DNA of 63,930 nt, counting the filler, from Dugesia japonica (taxonomy: Eukaryota), in the NCBI GenBank assembly GCA_001938525.1. It is 6 parts of 6 records of this genome, joined end to end, with 100 filler letters (N's around TTAATTAATTAA, not from the genome) between each part and the next. Parts side by side here need not be neighbours in the genome. Positions count along the whole stretch, not along the records: positions 46,626 to 55,721 come from MQRL01646698.1; positions 55,822 to 63,930 come from MQRL01555298.1; 4 more parts are not named here. One strand, given 5' to 3'. Shown here one piece after another: positions 50,861 through 63,930 of the stretch; position 1 is the stretch's first letter, and every line of letters starts with the position of its first letter. The notes beneath the pieces are model-generated. The model did not search any database. It saw only the letters and a program-made list of their open reading frames with translations, and was not told the origin of the DNA. The translations under genes and the position numbers were made by a program.

Positions 50861-52558
50861 ATGTATTTTTCTTCTCAAAGGCTTGTTTTCTTAATTGACC
50901 ATGAATTTTTTATGGACAATGAATTTATTAAAAAGGAATTTTGTATAATGAGTGTCAATAAAATGTTTCAGCCTTTACATTATATGATTAAGTAAATTTT
51001 CTTTAATTAAATAATTTTACAAGAAACATTTAGAAATAATATCAAATTATTTAATTCTAAAGAAATGAATATAAACAAATATTGAGACAATTTGATTTTC
51101 GATGAAGAAGATTTGGTATTTTGCACAAACTGTATCATGAATGATATTAATAATAATGTTGAGATACCTTGGGGGATTTTTCCAAGATAAATCAACTTTG
51201 CGTGAGTTTAGTAATACTTTATTTAAAGAAAGCAATCCCAATATAATATTGTAGATAAAGGACCCTATATACCTTAATTTGATTACTATAAATAAATTAT
51301 ATTGATATATATATATATATACTATATAGTCGACTTTATTTAATAAAATCAAGATTTACATTTTTTAAAAATATGTAATTTGATATAAAATTTCGTTACA
51401 CTTTAATACAAAACTTAATTACAAAACTCTGTCTTATAAACGTAAAGATTTTTAACCTTTTGTTGTGGATCTCAGAAGGTCCAAACAAATTTCGGTTTTA
51501 AAAGAAAGTGATCATCTAAAATTTTGATCAGTATTTATACTAATACGAAAACTAATACGGCATGCATGATTTTAGTATTATTATTATAAGATAAATAAAA
51601 ATAGAAATTTCCGTTAATTACATAAAATATAAAAATTTCATTATTTCATAAAAAAATTTTCCATTAATCGATAATTTCATTCAATAAATTACATAAACTA
51701 CAGATTATATCTAATCGCTTGTTGATAACTAATTGTTCGTGCAATATAAATAAGATATTTCTAATTAGATACAAATAAAATATAAATAGAAACTTTTACA
51801 GATAACATAAATTAATTAAACAAAATCGATTTGATTAAAATCAAATAAGATCAGCTAAAGTTTATTGATTTTGAGTTGATTGATTGCTCAATTGATTGAT
51901 TGAATTGGTTGATTGGGATACTTTCCTTGTATATTACTTGTTGTGTATGTNNNNNNNNNNNNNNNNNNNNNNNNNNNNNNNNNNNNNNNNNNNNNNNNNN
52001 NNNNNNNNNNNNNNNNNNNNNNNNNNNNNNNNNNTATTCTATATTATAGATCGTGAAGATGGACAAAAAATAAAGACAATTAAACAGTTGCTGCCCAATT
52101 TAAGAATCACAAGTTATTCAATGAGAAATATATATAAAATACCAAACAATATAACGTGTAAATTTCTCGATCATGGACTACAATGTACTTTTTAAAAGTG
52201 TTTAATGCTATGTCAGGATTATGTGAATGTAATATAAATAAAAAGAAATTAAATCAAATTAAAATGACAATTAAAATTTATATATTGGTTTATTTTTGAT
52301 CATTTTTAATTTAATTTTATGACAATACTAAATTAACTTTAAATCATCTACATATATCGGATAATAAAAAAAATTTAATAAAAATAATAACTTTGTGTGC
52401 ACATACACATATACTGACTTTATTTATATAAAAAATATTTCTATGGTAACACAATTAAATAAATTTTCTTTCTTCCACTAAAATAGCACATGGGTGTATA
52501 AATATAATCTTTTAGTTATAATTTCTGTCTGTAAAATCTAATTATTATTAAAAACAAT

Positions 52559-55500
52559 ATGGTCTGCAAAAATTATAAATATTGTCAATCGTAAATTCAC
52601 ACCGATTGCCATGAGTTAATAGAGTTGTACTACAAGATCAAAGCAAAAGGACATGTACTTTATGTCTGTCAAATTGTAAGATAGCAGAAGATAGTTTATA
52701 TATAGACTTTTGGATGCCTTGAAAGTATCAAAAAAGTCAATATTTGAAAAGGCAAATATAAATATCATAAACAAAAGTAATTCTAATAACAATGAAGAAA
52801 TTAATCAAATGAATCAAACCAATCCAAGCAATCAAACCAATCCAAACAATCAAATCAATCCAAACAATCAAACCAATCCAATAAGAAAGCGAAAAAGATC
52901 GCCAGTTCCATCAAAAATATCAAAGCAAAATTGTCAATATCACAAGATAACTTTTATTATGAATGGAAGTCACATGGAGATGTAAACAGAAACAATACCA
53001 GAGATATTAAACCTCCATCTAGTTTTATAGAAAAAGTATGTGAAGAAGCTGAAAAACTCAAACATTGTAAAGTTGTTCATTGACTCAAGGTACAGTTTGA
53101 AAATCCTGAAGGTAAAATTAAAGAGTGGTATATTTCACATAGGGCCGTTGAATTTAATCCAGACTTTATTGATACTATTTCTCCCATCTTAGCAGAGAAG
53201 ATAGAGAATTATAGTCAGATGGGACGTGGATGGAAAATGGTGAAAGTCCTTCAATATTGTTTCAAGGTTATCAAGATCAGCCCAATACCGTATCTATCTG
53301 GACGAAGCTACATAAAATCTCCAGAATCTTTAGAAAAATGCAATGCAACAAACAATGTTCAGAATCGAGATAAATTGTGTTTTGTTTAAAGCGTCCTAGC
53401 TGTACAAAATTATTCAAACATAACACGTAACAGACAAAGAGTTGGAAAATATGAGCCATATTTATCAGACCTCATATATTCCTCAGAAGATATGCCTATG
53501 AAGATCAAGGATATTCCCAAGTTTGAGAGAGATAATCCGTAATTTGCAATCAATGTCTTTACATACAACAATGAACCGGATATTGTTGATGCAGATATTG
53601 TCAAGAATCCGTATATTGATCTAATATACAGAAGCAAGAACTTAGGATGGCAATCCAATCAACTTACTCTTATTAGAAAATGGAAGGAATTATCATTACA
53701 TTGCAGTTACAAATCTAGAGAGATTGCTTAATTTAAGAGATAGAGAAGACGGGCTCAGAATTCAATGCAAACATAGGTGCTACAAATGTTTACATGGATT
53801 TAGATATTAAACTGAATATGAAAAACCCTTGCCCATGTGCAATTCCAGCAATAGAACAACAACACTATACAAAATGCCAGATCAAAAATACTGCGAGTTT
53901 ACAGATATCTCCAAATCAGTCAGTCCACCTTTTATTGTATATGCTGACTTTCAGCCGGTATTAGTTCCTTCAGAAACACATGAACATATTCATCTACCAG
54001 CGTCTGCTGGTTTGTTGCTTCTGGGACCAAATAGTTATATGAATTATGAAGAATTTACTGGATCGGATTGTATTGTCAGTTTTCTATCAGCGTTGGAGGC
54101 CATTGTAAAAATCAAGGTTTCGTTATGGTATCAAAACAAGTATGGGTACAATACAGTTGTACAAATCTCTTACAGTATATGCTAATATATATTAAATTAC
54201 ATATATATTTGCTTGCCGATGTTTTTGAGCAATTCAGAATTCAAGTCAAGGAACAGGATGGACTTGAAGCAGCCAACTTTATATCAATACCAGATTTCAG
54301 TTGGGCAACAGCGATCAAAACATGTCCAGTCAAGATTCGATTGTTACAAGATCCTGAAATGTACTTCTTTTTTCAAGCTGGGATACGAGGAGGAATGATC
54401 TTTGTGAATAAACATAGAGTCGTTGTAGATGAAACCACCAGTCTACTTTATATAGATATTAATAATCTATATGGGTAGGTTTTGAGTCAACCATTACCAT
54501 ATGATAATTTTGAATGGATAGTTGATGAAGATCAGTTGAAGACTCTAATAGAAATGTTACCAAACTTAGATGTAGAGAAAGAAGTAAGCGGACTGGTGTT
54601 TGAGGTTGACTTGTCAATTCCACCAGAAGAACATGACAAATTAGACCAACTTTCACTTGCTCCAATTAATCAATGTCCACCAGGATGTAAAGTTAAAAGA
54701 TTTCTGTTGTCACATGAAGCAAAGCAGAATTATGTGATACATTATAGGCTGCTTCAGATGTTTATGAAATTCATCGAGCTGTATCATTTGATCAAGTTTG
54801 TGTTTTTAAGTCATATATCAACTTTAATTCAGCAAAACGGGCTCAATCAACAAATGCCTTTGAGAAAGATTTTTTAAAGTTTAAGAACAACAGTCTGTAC
54901 AGGAAGACAGTTGAAAACTTATTAAAGCGTATGAATTTGAGACTATTCAACAATGAGAAGAAGCTTGTGACCTATGCCAGTAAGTCACAGTTTAAAGATT
55001 CAATTGAAATAGCTGATGATCTGATTGCAGTTTTATTGGATAAGGATGTTTTCACATTGGATAGACCATCGTATATTGAACAGGCGGTTCTGAATATATC
55101 TAAATTGAGAATGGATAAGTGGCAATATGAAGAATTGGAATCGTACAGAAGAAGATTTAATTGCGAAATTAACATCATCTCTGGTGATACAGATAGCTTC
55201 TTTCTTAAATGCAAGAATGTAGATCAGAGACAACAGCATCTTCCAGCAATGATCCCAGACAAACCTTTAGATAGCTCCAATTTTCAGAAGGATTATCCGC
55301 TCTATTCAACACAATTAACTGCGTGAAGTTCAAGGACAAAAATAATGGTCTGGCCAATTTTGAAGAATGGATATTTCTTCGCCCAAAGTCATATTCTCTT
55401 CAAACAGATGGAAAAACAACAGCAATGAAGAGCAAGGGAATTTCGCTAAAACAAACTAGCATCAAGCATCAAGATTATATAGATGCGTATGAAAAGGGTG

Positions 55501-55652
55501 AAGAAAAACGAGTAAATCAAAGCAGAATTGGAACAGTAAACCACCAACTGTTCACCATTCAATCAACAAAAGAAGCATTAGATCCGTTGGATGATAAAAG
55601 ATGTTGGATCTCTAAAAATAGCAGTGTGGCATACGGTCATGATTCATTTTAA
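52559..55652 (+). pseudogene. Protein-primed DNA polymerase B (group-2 type), intein-free, internally deleted
   Basis: GRGW, NVQNRDKLCF, HYIAV, YADFQ, LADVFEQFR, GIRGG, YIDINNLYG, NNSLYRKTVEN, SGDTDSFF, RPKSY, KGI, DDKR; many frameshifts. The start position is uncertain. Confidence 0.93.
52800..52880 (+). repeat. 18-bp coding tandem repeat (NQTNPN-like, 4-5 copies)
   Basis: AATCAAACCAATCCAA(G/A)C units. Confidence 0.85.
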
Positions 55653-55821
55653 ATACATTATTTTATTGTAAATATTTTGAGAAAGATTGTGATTGTTATA
55701 CATAATAAACATTTATACAAANNNNNNNNNNNNNNNNNNNNNNNNNNNNNNNNNNNNNNNNNNNNTTAATTAATTAANNNNNNNNNNNNNNNNNNNNNNN
55801 NNNNNNNNNNNNNNNNNNNNN

Positions 55822-55873
<52 letters not shown>

Positions 55874-55890
55874 TAATAATAATAATAATA
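55822..55890. repeat. (AAT)n microsatellite
   Basis: Read directly from the sequence. Confidence 0.95.
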
Positions 55891-58604
55891 TTACACCTCT
55901 AGAATGTGCAATTACGCATGCGTGAAGTATGATTATAGTTTCTAAATAATCTAATGTGTGAAATAATTTTCAAATAAAATTATTCCAATTTTTTGCCTAT
56001 TATTAATCTAAAACAAGAGTTCCAACCGCCATCTCAATCAGTTTTTGCACAATTTGTCTCATTACATTACGTATCGCTGTTTCACGAAACAGTTCTGTGT
56101 AAATAATAATTCTTTCGACATCAACTCAATAACGCCATTCTTAAATTAATCAGTTGTCATGGATACTCTGACATTTCTACTGATGAAATATTTGGTAATA
56201 ATTTGTCAACTTTTATTTTTGTTCAATGATAAAAATTTTCATAAAATTTACTTTTCAAGAAATTCTTTTCTCATTTTCTATTTAATTTGTTTGAATGAAC
56301 AGTCATATTAATTAGATTAATTATTGATCTTTATGGTATTTCGTAATCAAATCGTATTATTTATTTGTTTACTTTGTTAGGATAAACGCTCGTTTGACTA
56401 TTTAAATTATAATTTGTAAAATATATTGAAATCCAAAAGAAAAATGAATAAAATCTTATTTAAACAAATTAATTTTTTTATTTTAAATATTTGATTAAAT
56501 TTTTTTTATTTTTATCTTTAACATTTTCTTAACATATATCGTCTGTCATTAACATTCTCAATCAATCTGTATGGACTTTCACATTTGTTTTGACTTTTCT
56601 TTCAAGTTTCTACTTTTACTAACAGATCTTCTCCGACATAGAATCTTCTCACTCTTTGTTTTCATAGCTTCTCTCTTTATTTCAATTTCTTCAATATTAT
56701 CTTTCCGTGCTAATTTTTCCTGTACTTTTTAATGAAAATTTTATACTTTCAAACTTCTCTTTCTTTAGAAAGAAGTATTATTCGTACTCTATTCTCCCAT
56801 CTTTGCACCATGAAAGTAAATCCCATATACTCCTTTGTTTGTAAATAGTTTAAACGAACTCTTCTACTGGTGAAGTACTACTGTTTACGTAAGGCTTATT
56901 AAAACTGACTTCATAAATTAATTCATACAATTCTCTTTATTCTTATTTAATTTATCCGATTGTATTTATTTCTTTTCGTCCACTGTTTTTCAACTTTGTT
57001 TAACATTCCTCGGCTCAATGACCATTTTTCTTGAATCTCCTAAACGTTGACCAAATCTTTTTCTATGACCTTCTTTTTCACAACCAAAACAATTTTTATT
57101 TTTGTATCCAGGTTATACCAGCTTGTATATCCATTCCTGTGATACATCCAGCACTCAACATTTCATTTTATTGATCAATGTTATTATGTGACCAATTTTT
57201 CATTTCTCTACTTTGCTTTGTTACTTTTAATTTTACTTGTAATGTTACTTTTCTTTGTTATACATAATGATGAGTAGTTTTATCTTTATTAAAACAATCG
57301 GTAAAATCACATTAATGTCTGTATAATTATGTGGCTTCTGTGATTACATTTGTTGTTAAAATCAATTTTTTCCATGAATTTGATTTATTAATTTAAGCCC
57401 AACTCATTTTATATTTATATAATTCGATTGGATAAATAAGTTCTTGATAATTGAACTGGTTGAAGCATCATATCATTCAATGTCCGTGTAATGAATTTTT
57501 CACGGAGCAATATTTTGATCAACACAATCTGACTCATTAAAAAAAATAGTAAAACCACTGATAACATTGTCTTTATATAATTTTCTGTTTTAAATGCTTG
57601 AATCTTTTATATTTTTTACTATTTTTACATCTTGGAAATCTTTCAATAAACAGAATTATTCAGCGACTTGAACAACGTATCACCCAATAATTCTCCAGCT
57701 CCGTTATCTTCATTGCGTTGGTGGATATTAAATTCTATATATTTTATTGTTGATATTTTTCTATAATTCATTTGGATTTTTTATTTTACAGTATTCTTTT
57801 TTATCACAACATCATGTTTCATGTACAAATCTAACATCCAGCGGTCTAGTAAATAGTATTCTTCAAATTAAGTAAATTCATTTATCTTTGGAAATATCTG
57901 ATCTGCCAAAAATGAATAATACATTTTAATCACACCGAATATCCTCAATTGACTTCATAGGAAAATACAAGATTTTCTTTACAAAATCAAATTTCTTCAT
58001 ATTTATGCTATCTTGATCACACGATTCTTTATGTCAATTCTTATAAATGTAAAGGATTCGCATCGTAGTATAAAAGATAAATTTTACTTAAGTGGCTCTC
58101 TTAAATGATATTTCTTAATACTGTGAATACACTGCTCCTCATAGGTGTATCAAAAATAATATAATAGTTAAGATTAATTTCTGAATATTTCAACTCGATA
58201 ATCCATTCTAAACTTGGTCTCAAGTAACACTACATTGAGTTTATTCCATATAATGATGAATATTTCTCTCGGGAATTTTAGAATATATCTGCTAGTAACA
58301 AAATATCTTTTTCATTTTGCGCGTTGGAATATTCTGTGATGAATATTCTTCTACCAAAATACCATTTTGTTTGAATGCTGTATAAAACTTCTTAATATGA
58401 GACAACGATTTTCATGGCATTATTTCTTCAACTATTTTTAGTATAATCGTAATGATATATTCTCTTATTAGTTTTAAATTATATTTCCCGAGAATAAGAC
58501 ATTGTTCTGGTTTACAACTATCAGTTAAAATTTCCCAAGATATTGGCAAAACTCTAAATACATAAATAGAATAAAATTAATTAAAAAAAAAGAATTTATA
58601 ATAG

Positions 58605-58892
58605 TATAGAAATAGTAGCGCATTACATCAGGCTAACCGGTACTCCCGCGGTCATTCACTTTTGCCAGCAACTTTTCACTGTCAAAATGGTTTATTATCC
58701 ATAATTTTGATTGGTTGATATATTATTTTGAATGGTGGTATACTATTTTGGATCAAAACAGCTTTGTTCCGATCGGATTAAAATGTGTGGGTAAAGATCG
58801 TGAGTACTAAAAGACTTTGACAGCAAAATATTTGGCCGACCGCTGAGTGAGGGACCGGTCAACATGGTGTAGTGTATCATTATATCTCTATT
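58605..58892. mobile_element. Degenerate MITE-like inverted-repeat element
   Basis: GC-richer island whose ends are imperfect inverted repeats (CATTACATCAGGCTAACCGGT versus the reverse complement of ACCGGTCAACATGGTGTAGTG; CTGTCAAA/TTTGACAG). Confidence 0.5.
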
Positions 58893-60618
58893 TTTAAAAT
58901 TGAGTTTCAACTTGTTTAGCTTGTTTGATTTGTTTGAAAATGTAAATTAAAATTTTCATCTGTTTTTATTAAATAAATGTTTCACGGATACAAAGACCTC
59001 TTTTTAGTTCAACAATGAACGTTCAACATACTCACTTAACAACGTATTCAATCTATTTGTAAAGAATTATATTCTTCATTGCTTCAGTATTTACTTCTTT
59101 AACTTTATTTCCTAATTTCAAATAACCCAGTAAAAAATCAAATATGTATGATAATTTATATCTATTACTAGTATAACAAGAAGCAAAATCATGTATGATA
59201 TTGAAAGAACGATTTTTACTTTAACATCATATGTTGTATAACGAAATAATTAGGAAGAACCTCAACCAATGGAAATTGATTAAAGTTATTTTAATTATAT
59301 ATTTGTTTATATTTGACCTTGATTCATTAAATATATACATTTTGTTAATTGTGAAATTAAATGTCTGTTGAAATGAAAATTTGTGATTTGGAAAATCAAT
59401 TATCTTTAGAAGATTTAACTAACATGTTATATATGTAATAAATCTTGAATTTCCATTCTATTTCTAAAAATTTACCAACGGAAATATTTGCATTGTCTTT
59501 TTATTTTATTTCTAATATTCTTAATATGAATAAATTTAGATATTTAGATTTAATTAACATGCCCAAACAAATAGGTTTTTGATTGTTTATCGCATTTTCA
59601 ATTTTGAATTCACTTTGTACACTTCAAAACCACTACATATTATAAAGGGAACGTTGTTTCCGGAAATAGATTTATCAAATACCAAATAATCGTCTTAGGG
59701 AAAACTATTTTCTGCTGATTCATTATAAAAGCATAATCTTTGACGATTCTTAAAAGTTTCATCAAATAAAATATCCGATTTTACAATTTACAAAAAATGC
59801 TACTTCAGTTTGTGGATATTTTTTCTATATGCGACAACGATTTTCTTTGTATTATTTCCGCCTTTTTCCGTTCATAATTATTTCGAATATAATCGTATTG
59901 ACATATTCAGTTCATTCGTTCTAGATTATGCTCCCTAAGAATATGAATTTCCTATGTTTTTTAACTATCACTTAACATTTCTTTTATAATGCTTAAAGTT
60001 ATTTTTTAAAATCAAAAATGTTTAATCCAACATTTAAATTATTATAATTAATCATCATATTATAAATAAGAAATCTTTGTTATTCTTAGTAATTTCTTAA
60101 CAATTTTTAAATTTAATTTGATATTTAAATTAAGTTAACTAAAATTTTATATCAATAAAAGTTAAAATAATTTCAATTAGAAAATTTATTTATTTCTTTG
60201 ATTAAAGCTAGTTCATAATTCTTTTGAACAAACAATGTGAAAGAGAAAAAATTGTCTTCGGACGGTTTTCCTAACAATTACCTCAATCATATTTTCTCAA
60301 ACATTCATTCAGTTCTCTTATATTATTCATTATTTATTTTTTTATTAGTATAACACTTTATACTAGTATAAATTTTATTAATATAACAAATCTTCCAAAA
60401 TAAATTCAAATTGATACTTCGAGACTCACGTTCAATTTTAAATTAATTAAATTATTATCTACCAAATCTTTTTAATAATTAACAAAATTATTTATTAGCA
60501 ATTAACTAATCAATATAGACGTTTTGAAATATATTCTACAAGTACTTACAGATCGATTATGAATTCTAATGATTGTAATCAAATAAAAATTACAACTTCA
60601 TTTCCAATACTTAATGAA

Positions 60619-60801
60619 ATTATTATTATTATTATNNNNNNNNNNNNNNNNNNNNNNNNNNNNNNNNNNNNNNNNNNNNNNNNNNNNNNNNNNNNNNNNN
60701 NNNNNNNNNNNNNNNNNNNNNNNNNNNNNNNNNNNNNNNNNNNNNNNNNNNNNNNNNNNNNNNNNNNNNNNNNNNNNNNNNNNNNNNNNNNNNNNNNNNN
60801 N

Positions 60802-60866
<65 letters not shown>
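60619..60866. repeat. (TAT)n microsatellite spanning a gap
   Basis: Read directly from the sequence; explains the poly-Y and poly-I ORFs. Confidence 0.95.
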
Positions 60867-60868
<2 letters not shown>

Positions 60869-62219
60869 ACTGTTTAATGTTTAAATCGCTTGTTAAATTC
60901 CCAAATTAATAATTGCACTTATGATGCATTTAAACAAAAATAAATATTAAGCTGCAAATTTAAATGTTTTTATTTTGTACAATAGTTGTTTCACAGAGAG
61001 AACCTTGAAAAAAATTATTAAAATCATAAATCATTGTCATATTCTGATTACTGATTGTTCATTTATGAACGAGTGAAATTTATTTGCTAGCGTTGAGCTA
61101 GGTAAATTTTTGAAATTATACAACGTTTTCTGGATTGAATGGATTGCATTGAGAAACAGAGTTGATGTACTGATAGAATAAATGAAAAGATTGTCAAGTG
61201 CAAATAGAAACAGACAAACGAATTGTGTTGTTTTTCTCAACTAATTATTATATATATTGAATCTATGTAATACTACTAAATTGAAGATGTTTATGTTTTC
61301 CTTCATATACTGCCATTAATATATCATTATTATATTTTGACCAATTGGATCAAGAAAATGTCCAGTCTAATCTTTATTTATTATATCAATTTAATACTTT
61401 CAATGGCTTTAAAACTATCATTGGCAAGGAATAAACATCTGGATTAATATTATATTGATCTACGTTTTAACTTGAATATATGACAAATAAAATTTGAATT
61501 TGGAAGTTTATATCAAATTAAATTAAATTATATAAATTAAATCTTTAACAGTGTTTCTTTGCCTTTTTGTTAAATGGATCCCTTTTATAATTTTTTGGGT
61601 TTTGCAGACCCCTCTCTTTCAATATGTAAAACGAAAAAAGAAATTACATAGAAATCAATATTTAATTTTATTATTTTAATTTAATGGTCATTCAATAATT
61701 GATTTATTAGTTTTTAAAATAGATACAAAATTATTAATGTTAAGGTTGTTGCTGCATTTCCTTAATTAATTACCTGAATTGAGGGATGGTTTCTGATACA
61801 CTGGATTAACTGGTTCCACAGCTTGTTTTACAATCAATGAGTAGGCTTTTCTTACTGAAGACTAGAACTTTCAAAGGGTATATAAATCGAATCAAATGTT
61901 TTGAAATTTACAAATTACAATTTAAATTGAAGTCGACAGAGGTCAATGGACCACATATTAAGAAACCCTGCTCTATAACTTGTCTAATTTATATTAATCT
62001 TTATAACTTGAACATTACAGACAAATTCACACACACATACAGTCGTAGGAAGGTAAATAATACGATAATTCATGATATTCTAAGTATTTAAAATAAATAT
62101 TTGTATTAATAATTTTACAAATATTTTCTCAGTAAAAATTATGGTTTATATATAAACCTAAATATTTAAATAGGAATTCTTTTGATTTATAAATGGTTTA
62201 TTTATTATTAAAATATAAG

Positions 62220-62570
62220 CTTTGTTTTTGATAATAATTCTTATGAGTGTGTTTTGAAAAGCGAGTTGAAATTTTGTGTAATTGGTTAATCATTTTCTAA
62301 AAAAAAATTATTTAAATTATACATGAAAATTTTAAATAACGAATATTTGGTTTTAAATTTTAACTTTGGTTTAATAATAAATTAAAATTTTTGAATAGCT
62401 TAAAATAAATTTTAAATAATTTGAAAAATGATCACCAAATAAAACACAGGATTTTAATTTATTTGAATAAACAAATAATGTTGAATATAGTTTAGTTTTT
62501 GTGAATAAATTCTAAATAAAATCCAGTTCTGATATTAATGCTCCGATGAGTACTTCAAACTCATCTAACA
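62220..62570. repeat. Non-coding dispersed repeat (copy 2 of 37920-38275)
   Basis: Co-linear similarity with copy 1. Confidence 0.85.
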
Positions 62571-63930
62571 ATTCTAATTTGAATCGAAAGTCAATTCCTG
62601 ATGAAGAATAATTCAAAAATTAGAATTGTTAGGTGGGTTTGGAAAACTCGTCGAATCATTAACATCAAAATTCAACTCCATAAATTTATTAAAATAAAAA
62701 CTAAATAAGCATAAATCTGCTTTTACCAAACAAATTTAAAATTTCATATTTAAAACGGAAAATATTAAATATTTACATTCTTAAAATTTCATTATTTATT
62801 AAATTTTTAACATAAACATAATCCATTCCTGTAATTTTATATTTTATTTTATTTAAAATCTATTTTGATTTTTAAATTTTATTAATATTACATTTTCGAC
62901 ACTTAACATATTTCATTCATTTAATGTATATTTTATTTTATTTAAAAATCTTTATATTTTAGTANTTTATTTTATAACTTATTTTCCTGATACAAATTTA
63001 AATATACTTTATAATATACTTAAAATAATTATTATCAAAAACAAAAAAAATTGATTGAATATTTTATTTTAAATGAATTCTAATAAACGATCAATGGTTA
63101 TGTCCAACAATTAGTCTCGCCTCATCAATAATTCTTGTAATTGTAAAATATTCATATTAAATAATTAATTTTATCCAAGTGAAATTTCATGTCACAATCA
63201 TTATAGATATTATTAATTTAACAAAACTAATTCATTTCACGGATAGCTTGTGCTACTTGAGAATTAGTGAAGAAAATTGTGAACTAATATTTATCAAATA
63301 TCAATAAGTTTCATTCTGAATCCCCCCGAGAGTAATATAAGTTTAGAAAATCAATTAATTATTTCCAAACTCATAGAAATACAGAAACAAGATCCATCTA
63401 TTTCTTAAATCATTTCTTTAACGATAAATCATTTCCACATCGATTTAGTCAGGACCAAATCAGTCGAAAAATTAAATAGAAAGAAAAACAAATTAATATA
63501 TATTGACAATTGACAAAATATCGGTAAAATTTTAATTAAATCAATAAATATTACAACAAATTTATTTCTATTTCAATTTGGATGATATTTTGAATATTTA
63601 CAACCTATTAACAATAAAACAACAATCACAAACAAAAATGTGATTTTTCATTAATTAATAACTTACAACTATCAATAGCAATAAATAATTAATTAATCAA
63701 ATATAATATATGTAAATATAAGAAAACATAAAAAAAATAAAAAAATAATTTTAAATTTATCAAGAAAATATACGCGAAAATTTTAATTATTTTTATTTAT
63801 TTATTTATCAGTAAAAAATATAAATTTATTTTTGACTTATGTTAATAAAAGATGGGTTACATTAATAGTTCTGATATTGAAAAATAATTTTTCAAACAGT
63901 AAATATATAAATATATAAATATATAAATAT

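Larger units (their letters stand above)
46626..55721 (+). mobile_element. Polinton/Maverick (adintovirus-like) element C, decayed and internally deleted
   Basis: Co-oriented ATPase, pX-like ORF, integrase, minor capsid, PZ-like ORF, major capsid, protease and pPolB fill the scaffold. Confidence 0.95.

Noticed and set aside
60559-60877. Poly-Tyr and poly-Ile ORFs
   Set aside because: Microsatellite plus N gap.

Overview
Very AT-rich eukaryotic DNA, most likely from an animal (Id/emc HLH gene, Raf kinase exons with GT-AG introns). The window is not one locus. Five identical 100-bp spacers (44 N + TTAATTAATTAA + 44 N) join six separate scaffolds: 1-10302, 10403-22788, 22889-31261, 31362-46525, 46626-55721 and 55822-63930. 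Host genes are an Id/extramacrochaetae-like gene, a RAD23-like gene and two Raf kinase-domain exons. The rest is mostly decayed mobile DNA: three Polinton/Maverick (adintovirus-like) pieces, two copies of one Ty3/gypsy family, a Penelope-like element, DD37D and DD41D Tc1/mariner-type transposases, hAT and Merlin fragments, MITEs and satellites. The standout is a Polinton-type protein-primed DNA polymerase B (5310-10023) with a 331-codon intein (Hint domain plus degenerate LAGLIDADG endonuclease, 8639-9631) inserted exactly in polymerase motif C (YSD|intein|SDS). From recall, it resembles the Mimivirus-type PolB intein. A second Polinton polymerase in the same assembly has the empty site (GDTDS). 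All family calls come from reading motifs by eye; no searches were run.
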